Origin: Oopsacas minuta
Taxonomy: Eukaryota; Animalia; Porifera
Direction of reading: 5' to 3'
NCBI GenBank assembly: GCA_024704765.1
Contig: JAKMXF010000057.1
Location: 1-51,319, forward strand
DNA: 51,319 bases
The position numbers and the translations under genes were made by a program. The number at the start of each line of letters is the position of its first letter. Position 1 is the first letter of the stretch. Under the pieces are notes generated by a model that was not told the DNA's origin, did not search any database, and saw nothing but the letters and a program-made list of their open reading frames with translations. Shown piece after piece: positions 25,025 to 36,552 of the stretch.

Positions 25025-25826
25025 TACATGTCTTTTAACTTTGTTTTTATAGATGCCTAATTTAGTAATATTCCGCCTTATTTCTCCGAAACTCTTGTTT
25101 CTCATTCAGTTGATGAGTCTTTGTGTTATATATTTTAATATTTTTGTTTATTTGACTTACGATGTTAGATTTATTTTATTTCAACTAAATTATGTCTTTG
25201 GGTGGCTATTTGGCAAAGCTCGAAAACCTGTTCATAGAATTTTCTGGCAATTAAAGGCGAAATGTTGAACAATTTAGTAGGTATGTCGAGTGAGCTTTGC
25301 CCCCGCGATGTAACTTATCGCCAGGCCCACCCAATCCGTTCGCCAAATCCTGGCGCGCCCCTGGCTGGAGTGCTTCCAATATCACAGGATTTCTATAAAC
25401 AACAGACTCAACAGTAGTGAAAGATGGAAACTTCTCCAACCAAATATCAAGAAAAGCTAATACCCGCTTCAAACACTTATGATACGAAACGTTCATATTA
25501 GCTTCTGTGCCTTTCAGCAAAACAGTATACCGTAAACTGGGGCTGCTTTAGCCCAAATATTGAAATTTCTTACTTATTGAAAAGATATTGTATTTGAGGT
25601 ATTTAAAAGTGGGTAGCGCATGCGCTACATTGGGATTGTTGGTAAGTCATGTTTATAGATACGCGTTATCATTTCAACCATAGTACCCAAACTGCTGAAT
25701 TAAATGTGATTAGATAAGTTTCGAAACCACATTACGGCAAGTGGTCATTGGAATTCTGGTGCATTTATAATGTATAGAAGTAGATATATAAATTTATACC
25801 ATTCGTTAGATTATTTCATTTTGGAA

Positions 25827-28800
25827 ATGGCTGAAAAAGTAACTTCACAAACTGGATCTGATAATATATACCAAAAAAACGAAAAAGCTCGGAGAAAGAA
25901 GATATCAGCTTCATCACATTAGACATCAACAAAGTATGCCTATCAGAAGGTGAATCATTTAAATTGATGGAATCAGATGTACCAACATGGCCAAAACCAG
26001 GTGATAATTATATTCTTACTTCCTTATGCTTTCAAGCAAACTTTAGTTGCTTTTTAATTCTATATAATTTTTCGCATAGGTCAGTGTCAACTTGATTGCT
26101 TCTCAGAACCAGAAATGAAACAAATAGAAATGCCTATAATTGACCAGTATGTAAAACTATTGATATTGAAGTCTCACATATATAAGTTAGAGGATAGTGA
26201 ATATGTTATAATTGCAGATTATGATCACTCACTACGTTATTATCACTATTCTGTTTGCATGTTTGTCTCTCTGCTCCGGTTCGTAGGGCCCAACACCTTT
26301 ATTTCGGTTAAGCCAGTCAAATGGCCTGGTCCTAAGTGACCCTATTAATCGGAGTCTACTGTACATTTACTATTCTCACTACCAAAACTAAACATTTTGT
26401 ATTTCAAGGAACCGTTATACTAAACAAAAGGAGAATCATAATTGAAACAAACAGCAATCTATGCGCCAATTGTTATAGTGATTCTTCTTCTCATTATCAA
26501 GCATTTGAACTCTGTTCACAAAATGATTGTTTGCAAGTTTGTGAAGCAAACATTCTAGAAGACATATATATTATTTCCCAAGTCCTAACGATATCTTTCT
26601 ATTGACAGATGATACCTTTCACAACTTCCAATTAAATAATGATAGGTGGTTATGTTGTTCTTGTTCTTCAAAGTGCAAACAACATTCTAGACTCCATAAT
26701 ATTCTCTAAAATACTGGATGAAATACACACAAAAAGTTTGAATATAACACGATATCAACAAGAACAATACCATTCAATCTAGATGAAAGCCAAATAGCAA
26801 TTTACAACCATCAGCTCTGCCATGGCATCAATTTACCTTTAAATATGTATCCTGAAAAGGAATTGTGACTATGGTTTCAAATTCAATGAAGAGGAGAAGC
26901 TTAAACTAGAGAAGGTTGGAATAGTTATCTATTTAGAAAATGCTATTAATGAATTCAAAGATTACAAAAGTATATATTTATCATCAATGAACCATTCGCT
27001 CGGTCGCAATTTTAATTTAGTATGGTCGGTTATTCTACGTATTTAGCCGTTGAAAACAAGTCTTTACAATTATAAAGGAATTTCAATAAATATTTGGTCT
27101 CATATAAGATTGTTCATTCGATTGCAATGAACTCGTCCCAATTTACCCCCTCCTTAAATTTGCCTGTGCTTGGTAACTCAGTAATTATATTGTAAGTATA
27201 TAGTTTACAGTTTACAGTTCAAGATGCAGTGGACCTTGCAATTGCTTGGCAGTCTTCGAAGGTCAGAACAGTTTACTGTTAAACATCAACAACAAGTACT
27301 TTGTTCATTACAGTTTGTTATATGATTATAGCGAGTTGATGACCATGTCTAGAGATACTTTGTACCGTTACTTGAGGTATGTATTGTTTAAAATCATATT
27401 CTTAATAAATTAAAATTCCTATATACATACAATCTAATTCTTCGTTTTACTCTTTAGTGCCAAGAACAGGAAGCTTATCAGAATGGGTAGAACGAATACA
27501 TTCCATTATCACATTGTTTATCAGGCATGGAACGCCTATCTAAGAACAGTAGACATAGATTATGACTCGAACTACATATGTCCAAAGTGTAAAGATCATC
27601 CCGATGTGATAATTTTAGATGGCATAGCGATGGGAACAATGAAATCGGTACCTGAAGTGGATGCAAAATTCGATCAGGATCAGCAATACCCTATGATCCC
27701 ATTTTGAGATCGTGTTTTTATCCCCGACACAGCAATTAGAAAGCAACTCCTTAAATAATGTTCTGAAGGTTTGACAGAAAATACACTAAAAGACCTATTG
27801 AAGTCTATTCATAAAGAAATGGCTGATTATATTTTATTTAGTTCCATTAGGACAGAAAATTTAGTGACTATAAGTGAAGAATATATACACGTTAAGAAAG
27901 TCATAAAACTCCTTTGCCATACAGATCCAATATCAGGAGTATTCCAATTCTCTCTGCTGGGACCGAATGAACGAAAAGCAATAGCTCTTCTTGCCAATGG
28001 AAAATCAGCAAGTGAAGATTCCTTAAATTCAATATATCAGAGTTTATTTCGTAGAGCGTCAAGAAAATTAGTGGAAAATTCTCCACAAAGCGAAAACAAT
28101 TACAATTATTTCCCAGCATTCACAACAAGCTACATGTAAGTTCAAACTTGTAATTGTGTTTATACTGAAAATACTAAACGCTATTCAACTTTTTTTTATA
28201 TTTTACTATTCTACTATACTTGTCAGGTTGCCAGTATACGAAAATCTAGAAGTTGAGTCAGCTGAACCGTGTCTCAAAAAGTTTCCAACTCACAAAAGGT
28301 TTTCCCCCGGAATAGTAGCAATCACTTGTAAACACAGGATTTGTTATGGTTTCCAAATCCTCAGACAACACGAATCTACAGTTGTAATTTATAATTTGTT
28401 AATGACCATATTCAGAGAACAGCCAAAGGTGATCATCTACGATAATGCTTGCAACTTACACAAAACATGTATGAAAAGGTAAGTGCACATAACAAATTGG
28501 GTATAAATGATAAATAGTCGAGATTTCAAATAGAAACTTATTTGTGATTTTTTATATAGGGACCCCAAAGTATTTCGTAAGACAACATTTCTGATTGATC
28601 GATTCCATTCTACAAACCACAAGTGCAATCCCTCTTATTCTTCGAGATCAATTCAGACTGACGAGATGAAAAAGCTAAACTCCCAAATTTGCGAGCAGTT
28701 GTTTCCATCACTAACAAGGATAGCAACACAAATCGCATACATGCGTATTGATAATGTATTCTTCACTACAAGATGTTTTCTAGCTTGTTTGAATCTACAT

Positions 28801-28827
28801 ATTCTATCACAAATTAATAAAATATGA
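25827..28827 (+). pseudogene. Intron-containing KDZ-like (Kyakuja-Dileera-Zisupton / HMGXB3-related) transposase, degenerate
   Basis: Motifs include YQAWNAYL...CPKCKDHPDVIILDGIAMG, FSPGIVAITCKHRICYGFQIL...ES, PKVIIYDNACNLH..C..R|DP..F..T.FLIDRFH..NHKC and LNSQICEQLF. A SWIM-like CSCSSKCKQH lies near 26655. GT-AG introns occur at ~27377, ~28136 and ~28480, and in-frame stops near 27706 and 27756. Confidence 0.7.
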
Positions 28828-28834
28828 AAATAGT

Positions 28835-30555
28835 TTATATGTTAGGAGACTCACGACAATTGTGACAATAAAAGTTATCGATGTCTTTGTCAATATCTTC
28901 AAGTCCTACACATGGTTTGTGGAACCATTTAAGACATTTGGGACATTCAATCATATTTTTGACGCGCAACTGGGTAGATGACACAAACACTATAACATTA
29001 TCTTTAAATCTGTCCCTAGATTTGTAGTCAGGCGAGATCGTAATACTATGCTTTCTATCTTTGGAAAGGGTGTTAAAATTTCGCTGTTGAAACAATCAGT
29101 TAGGTAAGATCTCATTCTTGACTGTTTCCAGTATACTTGGGTTGGGTCGCCTCCCGTTGCTATTGTCAAACAGACTGCAGCTGCAAATAAACCACAATCC
29201 GCGCCCACCTCTTTGCTGCTGAATAGGAGCAAGGGTGACTTTCAGCTCATGATCAGCATCATTCCCATATAGAAAGGCCAATTGCACAGCTAATTCACCA
29301 GATATTCTCCCAGTAGATAGCGAATCATATAAAGTTACATGCCCTTCAACATCAATACTGGAGCAAACCCAGTGAAGTGCGCCATGGTGATGCAACTGTA
29401 TACTAGGACGAGGAGAGCTTTGACGAATTCACGATTCTAAGAATTAATTGAATATCAAATATTGATTTACAATTCAAAAATTTAAACCGAGAAACTCACT
29501 TCGGAGAGAATAGTATCCTGCAGTCCCTGTAAATGTGGGAAATTCTTCTTCAGTAATGTCTACAAATACATATTTGGTATGAGAATATTTGCTAACAAAA
29601 CGGATTGAATTTTAATGTATAATAAACTTACACAGAATGCATTAATGGTGGTGACTGTTAGAAAAGTATTACGACTTGACAATTCAGAAATTGACAAGTT
29701 TTTCTCATTTAAACTAATGGGAGGAGTGATTATTTGAATAAGATCTAATGGCTTAACTCCGAGTAATGTCACCAGACTGGAAGTTGGGGTAGGTGTTTGA
29801 GGATCTGAAATAGGTTTGTTCGAAGCGATAACGGGTTGCTGAAAAAGCTCATCGAAGAAATCATCACTAGTATCTACATCAGATTCTGGGTGTATTACAT
29901 CCCTAGCGAAATCAAGAGGAGATCTAGATCGGTCATGGTAGATATCATGTCGCGATGTTTGAGAAGAGCTTGGAGACTTCTGAGATTGAGGGCGAACTGA
30001 AACTCGCGCTTTCATAGAGTAATCCTTATATGACTCTATTATCATACACAGATGAATCTTACATGCGCTTTTTATGTTTTCGAAAGGGACTCTTTTAGGA
30101 CAAAAAGGTGGTTATTGATAGAAGGATCATTCCAAAAAAACATACCTTTCCCTAAAATACAGAGATATATAATCAGTGACACATATAATTATATAAATTC
30201 ACACTGTTGACTTACCAGTTGACACTTTTATAATCGCAGAAACAAGTCTTCGCAGTCCCTGTACATTGTAGCTAGATATATCTCCATCTAATAGCTTGAG
30301 GGTTTCGTGATCACGCACAGGCTTTGATGACGCTGAGGTAATTGTAGATATTTGGTTAGTCAGTAGAGTTCTTGATATTACATCGCTATTCCCAGTGATA
30401 TAGGTTTGAAATTTTTCTGGACCCAAAGAGCCAAGCTTTCCATGCCATGAAAATACAGCTCCGGCATATTCATCTGTAACTGAACGAAACTCAGACAATA
30501 TGTCTGTCAGTACCATTATAGCATTGGTCTTTGTCAATTTGGGTATCTTTGGCAT
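28835..30555 (-). pseudogene. ULP1/SENP-like (C48) cysteine protease plus C-terminal PHD finger, transposon-borne, frameshifted
   Basis: HGALHWVCS...YDSL...IQQQRGG|ADCGLFAAA gives the His-Asp-Gln-Cys order of ULP proteases across a frameshift. MIECPKCLKWFHKPCVGL...FYCHNC is PHD-like. Upstream ORFs 29560-30045 and 30199-30555 are on the same strand. Confidence 0.75.
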
Positions 30556-31121
30556 TTTGGCTAATCAAGGGTACAGAATGGGAAATCAAGAGGAAACACT
30601 GATTGAGTAAAGTATAAAGTGAATTGAGTAACATATTTAGGGATTTTGCTAATAAAGGAAGTAGAAATAAGTAACTAAAGTAAATAATAAATATCAGTAC
30701 CTGCGGATTTAATTACACTATAATAGGATGTAATTTGAGAGCCTACTTTTTCCAAATTCCAGTTATATATTAATGCAGCGCGTGCGCTACTCATTTTTAA
30801 ATGTATGCGTATTTGTTTTCGAAATTATCTACCGATATTTGAAAATTAGTTAAAAATTTGGCAACTCAATTTCAAGTACAACGCTGAATTCAATCTAGTT
30901 TCTTTGGAACTTTGATATTTGGGCCAAAGCAGCCCCAGTTTACTGAACCTTGTGTAAATACACTTGAAATAAGCAGCAAACCATTTCATTGTCATAACAT
31001 CAGTAGTATTGAACGCTAGCAATAGTCTATTTACTTGATGCAAGAGCCCCTTAAATTCACTGACAGATGCTTGTGTTGGCATACAACTTCCCTTTACGAC
31101 AGCTTGTAATAGCTGATACAA

Positions 31122-31392
31122 TATACCGTGGTTTGACCTACTACCCTGATCCGTCAGAAGCACACGCTCTCTCTCGTTCACCTTCTCCTTTTAAGAACAC
31201 TACATACGAGAATCCTGTTGGTATATCAGGGCATTTCCTGTCTGATCCTGATGATACTGCTTCTGGTGAGTGTATAGACGGCAGTCTGAATGTATCTCAT
31301 AAAGTTAGCTCCACTTCTGGAGTATACCTTCTGACGCAGGAATCTCTGCCTGGTACACCTAGAAAGAACTAATAAATAGCAAAATACATTAG
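31122..31392 (+). pseudogene. 3' tail fragment of EGF receptor gene with native stop (..INSKIH*)
   Basis: Matches ~16836-17097 and lacks the hAT insertion. TAG is at 31390-31392. Confidence 0.9.
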
Positions 31393-32300
31393 TTTACTGT
31401 AGGACAAACTTTACGAATCATTTTCCTTTTACTACTTGGATAATTATTTATTTATTTCCCTCTTTCTCTATCGTATTCTATTTACTGAATATTTACAGAA
31501 TTGGCTATTTTGCTTGTAGAACTTTCAATTAGAAATGTTAAGTAGCCATCTTCTACGTCACATAACAACGTCATCAACATACTCAGATGAATTGTTACAT
31601 AAAGAATTATTGGATTCTGCAGCGAAAGGGAAATTTCCATTATTTAAGTCTCAACTACCAACTTTACTAAAGAATACACATCCAAAGCTTGTATTCCAGC
31701 CTAAGGTCAGTAAGGGATCTCCGTTAATTCTAGCTGCTCAGAATAGTCAAAATAAGATAGTAAGCTATATCCTGAAGAATTTTCTAAAGGTTTAGGATCT
31801 TGAATACACAATGACAGTTAAATCTGATTTCACAGGACTTAAGATTAGAGAACAACAGCCTTGTGGTGTGCTGCATTAGGTATAAACTTCAAATATTAGT
31901 TATTTACCTTTGTTTACTTCTGTTTTCTTATAGGTGGTAATGTCAATATTGTAAGAGAACTTCTAGAAGCCGGGCGAATAGTAACCAGTCAAACGCAACG
32001 AATCCTACTCCGCTTAGCGCCGCGTCTTATCATAATAGAGAGGAAGTTATAATGTGTCTGTTGAATCAGTGAGCTGATATTAGTATAGCTAATCAAGAGG
32101 GACAGGCTCCTTTTATGGTAGCTGTATTGAGAGACAATGAAGATGCTCTTAGATTACTCGGTAAGTAATATGTAGATAATTTACAGTAGGAATATTTATA
32201 CGAATTCTATACTTAGAGTTAACTCACGTTATATAGAACACGGAAATATCTAAATACCCGCTTATATAGATATGTGAAATATTACAAATATTGTCCCGAA

Positions 32301-32793
32301 CAGTGGCGTAACGATGTCTAGTGCCGCTGGGGGCACATGCTCTAAACGCCGCCCCCTAAAACGTAAATTTATGAGTAGTTATCTTGAACAACTCCTGGGA
32401 GGGGTGTTGTTTGAAAATTCCTTTGCCCCCTGCCCTGGTTCATTAGATACCATGTTTAGTTACTGTTGACATAATATGTGATTACGCATATATGTTTGAA
32501 ACTTTTAACCAAAAATACAATAATACTACCGCTTCGGGTCGTTAGTAGCTCTTCTTCACAGCCTGATCTTTCGTGCTTTGAGTCTCGCATACTTATCGAT
32601 CACATGGGTGAAGTCAGTTGCCTCAGTAAGCCTCTAACCAGTTAAACAAGGGTTTAATCCAGAGGGGTGGGTTAAAACTTTAAAGAGACAACCCTGGTTA
32701 GAACGGATATATATCATCATGGGATCACATGAGATTTATCATATATGTGTGGACCAATATATCAAAATGCCGCCCCCCGTCGTAACGCTACTG
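32301..32793. mobile_element. hAT-type MITE in intron 2 of Fem-1 copy D
   Basis: TIRs are CAGT(G/A)GCGT(A/T)ACGA. Flanks GTCCCGAA/GTTGCGAA form a degenerate 8-bp TSD. The empty site is in copy A intron 2 (~4890-4905). Confidence 0.8.
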
Positions 32794-33009
32794 GTTGCGA
32801 ACACTCAAAGTAACATAAAATACACCAGTTATAGCGAAGAAATTATCACGATCCCTTGGGCTTCGAATATTGGGAGTTGACTGTATTATACTTTAATGTT
32901 AGTTACCATTTATTTGTATACAGTTACTTATGGCAAAGCCGATCTCAGTCAGACAACAGCTGCAGGAATGGACTTGGTACACATAACAATAGAACAAAAA
33001 TCCCAGAAG

Positions 33010-33059
33010 ATATTCAATCGATTAATCCACGTCGAAATGTGGATTAATCGATTGAATAT
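33010..33059. repeat. Perfect 21-bp inverted repeat (hairpin) with 8-nt loop
   Basis: ATATTCAATCGATTAATCCAC-GTCGAAAT-GTGGATTAATCGATTGAATAT. The right arm replaces sequence present in the other Fem-1 copies. Confidence 0.95.
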
Positions 33060-33175
33060 TTCCATGTAGAGCCCAATCTCCATCTCCTCTTATAATCTTT
33101 CTATGTAGAGCCCAATCTCCATCTCTCTTATAATCTTTCTATGTAGAGCCTAATCTCCATCTCCTCTTATACCTT
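33060..33175 (+). repeat. Tandem triplication of a 38-39 bp unit
   Basis: TT(C/T)..TGTAGAGCC(C/T)AATCTCCATCTC..CTTATA repeated three times. It is single-copy in other Fem-1 copies. Confidence 0.92.
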
Positions 33176-33276
33176 CCACACAGTACCAGAGGTGTATCAA
33201 CCCCCCTGTCATGTATTTGTAGCTGCCAAATGTCACAATGAGTATGCAATGGATTATCTCACTAAACGGCCTGAAT

Positions 33277-34342
33277 CATGGCCAACTAGACATAAGACCC
33301 CACAGTAACTCGAAATTTTGTCACCAGGGATGCACTATGAGCTGAAAGCATTTATAGACATAGTTTCTTTTTTGCAGGATAATGCATTTTTGGCTGAATA
33401 AATGTAATACATTATTGTAGGACATCAAATTGTACACAAATAAATGGTATAAACTTTTAGGTATGTGTAAACATATGACTCTAGTAAGCATTTATTTAGT
33501 AAAATATATCATTCATTGACCCCTTGTAGAACGTGTAATATTGCATGTATCAACTCATAGTGAATAATTGAAGTGATCTATAGATCCTTTTGTATAATTT
33601 GTCAAAATTTATCATTCAAAAGTTGGCTCGTTGTTGAGTTTAGTTAGAGACCATGGATGACAATTTTTAGTGAATATTCAATTATAACTCGAGAATCATG
33701 AAAACTTGTCGTAAAATCAGAATAGTTAATTTATACTATTTACCCGACTTCCCATATCCTTGCAATACATTTTGATATGATATCTCTCACCAATGTGACG
33801 ATGCCCATACATGGTCATTTCCAATATTCCGCAATACTCTTCAATTATTTCATATCAAAATGTATTACAAGGGTATAGGAAGTCGGGTATAGAGTATACA
33901 TTGGCTAGAATGATTTACGATAATTTTGTTATTTCTCGAGTTATTATTGAATATTGCCTAACAATAGTCATCCATGGTCTCTGCTTTAACTCAAAAACTA
34001 GCCAACTTTTGAATGACAAATTTTTGACAAATTATACAAAAGTATCTATAGATCATTTCATTGATTCACTTTGAGTTGATAATTGCAATATTTAACGTTC
34101 TACGTGGCATCGAAGAATGACATATTTTGCTAAATAAATGCTTACTAGAGACAAAATTTTGCAAATTCTTGAAAATTTTCAATATTTATTTGTGTAAAAT
34201 TTGATGTTCTAAAATCTGCAATACATTTATTCAGGCAAAGATGCACCTTTTCTACAATAAAGAAACCATGTATATAAATGTTTTCAGCCAATACTTCAAC
34301 CCTATTACTTTTACTGTTTGGCCTTATATTTAGTAGGCTATG
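33277..34342. mobile_element. Non-autonomous foldback DNA element, P/Galileo-like (copy 3)
   Basis: Ends are CATGGCCAACTAG...TAGTAGGCTATG with TSD CCTGAAT (33270-33276, 34343-34349). Confidence 0.9.
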
Positions 34343-34872
34343 CCTGAATGTACTCCTAAATGTGAAGTTGATATGTGGATAGTCAGAGAGATAGAGAGAG
34401 TCTGGGATTATCCTTCTTCTAAAGTAACTGAATGTTGGAGAAAAGCACTTGAATTGAGAGAAAAATACAATTTAGGTTATCCCGGGGAACCAGCTATAGA
34501 TTTATGCGAGGGTGTACAGCAAGGTAGAGCATTGACGGATATTTATAATATTTCACAGAAAAACTACCTCATTCAGTGTGTGCTAATAAGCGAGAGAGTT
34601 TTCGGGCCATTATACTACACATCTTGTGATCTTAAGATTAGATTAACCAACCATTTCTATAGTGAAGGTTCTGTGTATTATTGGAGATGTTGTGAGCTAT
34701 TGTATCAGCTATTACAAGCTGTCGTGGAGACAAGTTGGATGTCAACACAAGCATCTGTCAATGAATTTGTAGTGCTCTTGCATCAAGTAAATACACTATT
34801 GCCAGCGTTCAATACTGATGTTATGACAATGGAAAGGTTTGCTGCTTATTTCAAGTGTACTTACCCAAGGTG

Positions 34873-34873
34873 N
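34873..34873. other. Single N: probable assembly join/gap
   Basis: Fem-1 copy D stops at this base. The sequence after it is unrelated and ends at ~35003 in a CTACGCCCCTG hAT-MITE-like terminus with no left partner. Confidence 0.8.
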
Positions 34874-35199
34874 GCGAAAATATGATTATAGCATCGGTTC
34901 ATATTAATTCAAATTGATGCCACTGATTTATACTTTGGTCAAATCCCATAGTGACACCTCAGAGGGTTAGCCCCCCAAACTAAAAATGTTGTCTACGCCC
35001 CTGATATATTCAAATAATATATAAGAAAAAAGAATTAAAGAGACGTAGGAATAATAAGAAATCAACTCACGCATCAGGAACACTTGTCACAGGAGAAAGA
35101 GCCAGCAGAGACAGTCTCGAAATCTACATCAGCACAGTAGCAATTAATCTTCTTTCCGATTCTCCTCTTCGCTATAGGTACTGGCTCTCTCTGGTGGCA

Positions 35200-35680
35200 T
35201 ATGTTGTACAGGATATCAGACTCGTCAAAACTGCTGGATGAATTAGAAGAAGTCTGCTGTCTCTATCTTGGAGGGGTTATAATTCTATACTGAAAAGAGA
35301 ATATTTGTCAGATTATTCACGTTGTATTCAGCAGAAGTCTAATTTCCAGCGAGTGAGAAGAAGAGCGAGACTATTCAAGTAACAGAGAAAAGGCCCTGTT
35401 AAAGGCAGAAGGTGGAAGAAGCTACAAAGGGGGACAATTTGGAGCTGAGAACCTCCCAGAGAAGAAGAAGCGTGGTAGGGGTCAAGGACGGACCGGACTA
35501 ACAGGTAGAGGACGTGGTTGTGTAAAGAGGAGAGTTCGAGAGCGTAGCGTCTGTCCAGCCTCTATGCCAACATCGTGGTTCAACATCAAACAAGCTGTGC
35601 TCATACTAGTTGATCATGTGGCAGGGGATCATTCGGGCTGTCCTACTGGAGAGAAATCATGGTGTCGGTGGAGAAACCTA
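35200..35680 (+). mobile_element. Degenerate, possibly rearranged Mutator-like transposase fragments
   Basis: DHSGCPTGEKSWCRW (~35618-35670) resembles the H..CP.G..SWC motif of animal Mutator-like transposases. An EG.SY..G.F-like end lies at ~35405-35445. No TIRs were found. Confidence 0.4.
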
Positions 35681-36552
35681 TCAAGCCCATCAGTACTTAC
35701 TACTATGACAACTCAAATCCCCTAGATTCACGAGATATATTTTGCAGGTATACAAAATCCCGTACTAGATATTGAATCGCTTGGTGTGAACTCCCGCCTC
35801 CACTATCAAGTCAATTTTTTCGAGGGGACGTGCGTCCCTAAATCAGCCACCGATAACTCTCAACTATCCTGATCGGTCAATTTTGTTGTATATTTTCATT
35901 ATGACAAGGTGCATTCTTAAATTTTCCTATGAAACCATACAACACCGTTAATAGAAAACACCCTTATAAGAATATTTGACGTTACCATCCGAACATCTGT
36001 TAACAATAAACAACAAATTACACTATTGAAACTAGAGAGATATAAAAAAGTACATAATCTTTAAGTTTATCTAGTAAATTAAGCTGGATTGAATTCATTA
36101 GTTCATAGCATGCTAGTACAGGAGTGATCTCGACGCTAAAAGTGTATTGTATACTACTAAATCTATATTAATAAACTTCAATTCTTGTTAGCCTGTTTGT
36201 TTGTTTGGTTGTCCATTTTCAAGGAAAGGATTTAGGGCATGTAATTTGAATTTGTGGCATAACTATGTATATTTATCGTGTTTATCAAAAAGGAAATAGA
36301 ATTCAATAAACTTCACTAAATATATCGAACATGCTGAATCCGGTTTTCACACTTTTGGATTATTCATATGTGCATTTATGTATTGTTGTTTTTATGAATA
36401 AAAAGGAAACAAATTAGCAAAATCTCAAAATATACATACAGGCTTGCTCTAAATGGCTACCCAGAGGTAAGTAAGTACGCTGAATCCGAATTTCGCATTT
36501 TCAAGTTTATCGTGTAAATTTATTGTTGATTTATGAATATAAAGTAAACAAA

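Larger units (their letters stand above)
23567..25363. mobile_element. hAT-type MITE (same family and site as 5933-6416) with nested DD37D transposon
   Basis: Same TIRs as 5933-6416, with TSD GCTGGAGT (23559-23566, 25364-25371). Confidence 0.92.
25530..30945. mobile_element. 5.4-kb DNA transposon with KDZ/HMGXB3-like transposase and convergent ULP1-protease/PHD gene
   Basis: 31-bp TIRs C(C/A)GTAAACTGGGGCTGCTTT(A/G)GCCCAAATAT. Comparison with intact Fem-1 shows a 2-bp duplication (TA on one side, AA on the other). An inverted subterminal motif TTTAAAA.TG.GTAGCGCA(T/C)GCGCT lies at both ends. Confidence 0.85.
23351..31121 (-). pseudogene. Inverted Fem-1-like exon-3 fragment split into three pieces (23351-23566, 25364-25529, 30946-31121) by transposon insertions
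   Basis: Removing the hAT MITE and the 5.4-kb element restores continuous sequence matching ~12300-12840. Confidence 0.9.
31535..34872 (+). pseudogene. Fem-1-like gene, copy D (pseudogene, cut by assembly gap)
   Basis: Colinear with copy B. It has a TAG after exon-1 codon 86, the GCCGGGCG deletion, a MITE in intron 2, a hairpin plus triplication in exon 3 and the foldback insertion. It ends at the N at 34873. Confidence 0.92.

Noticed and set aside
1-34872. Whole cluster as a pure assembly artefact (uncollapsed haplotypes)
   Set aside because: Copies differ by many substitutions, private indels and private transposon insertions with TSDs, which is more than simple redundancy would give. Individual junctions still need read support.
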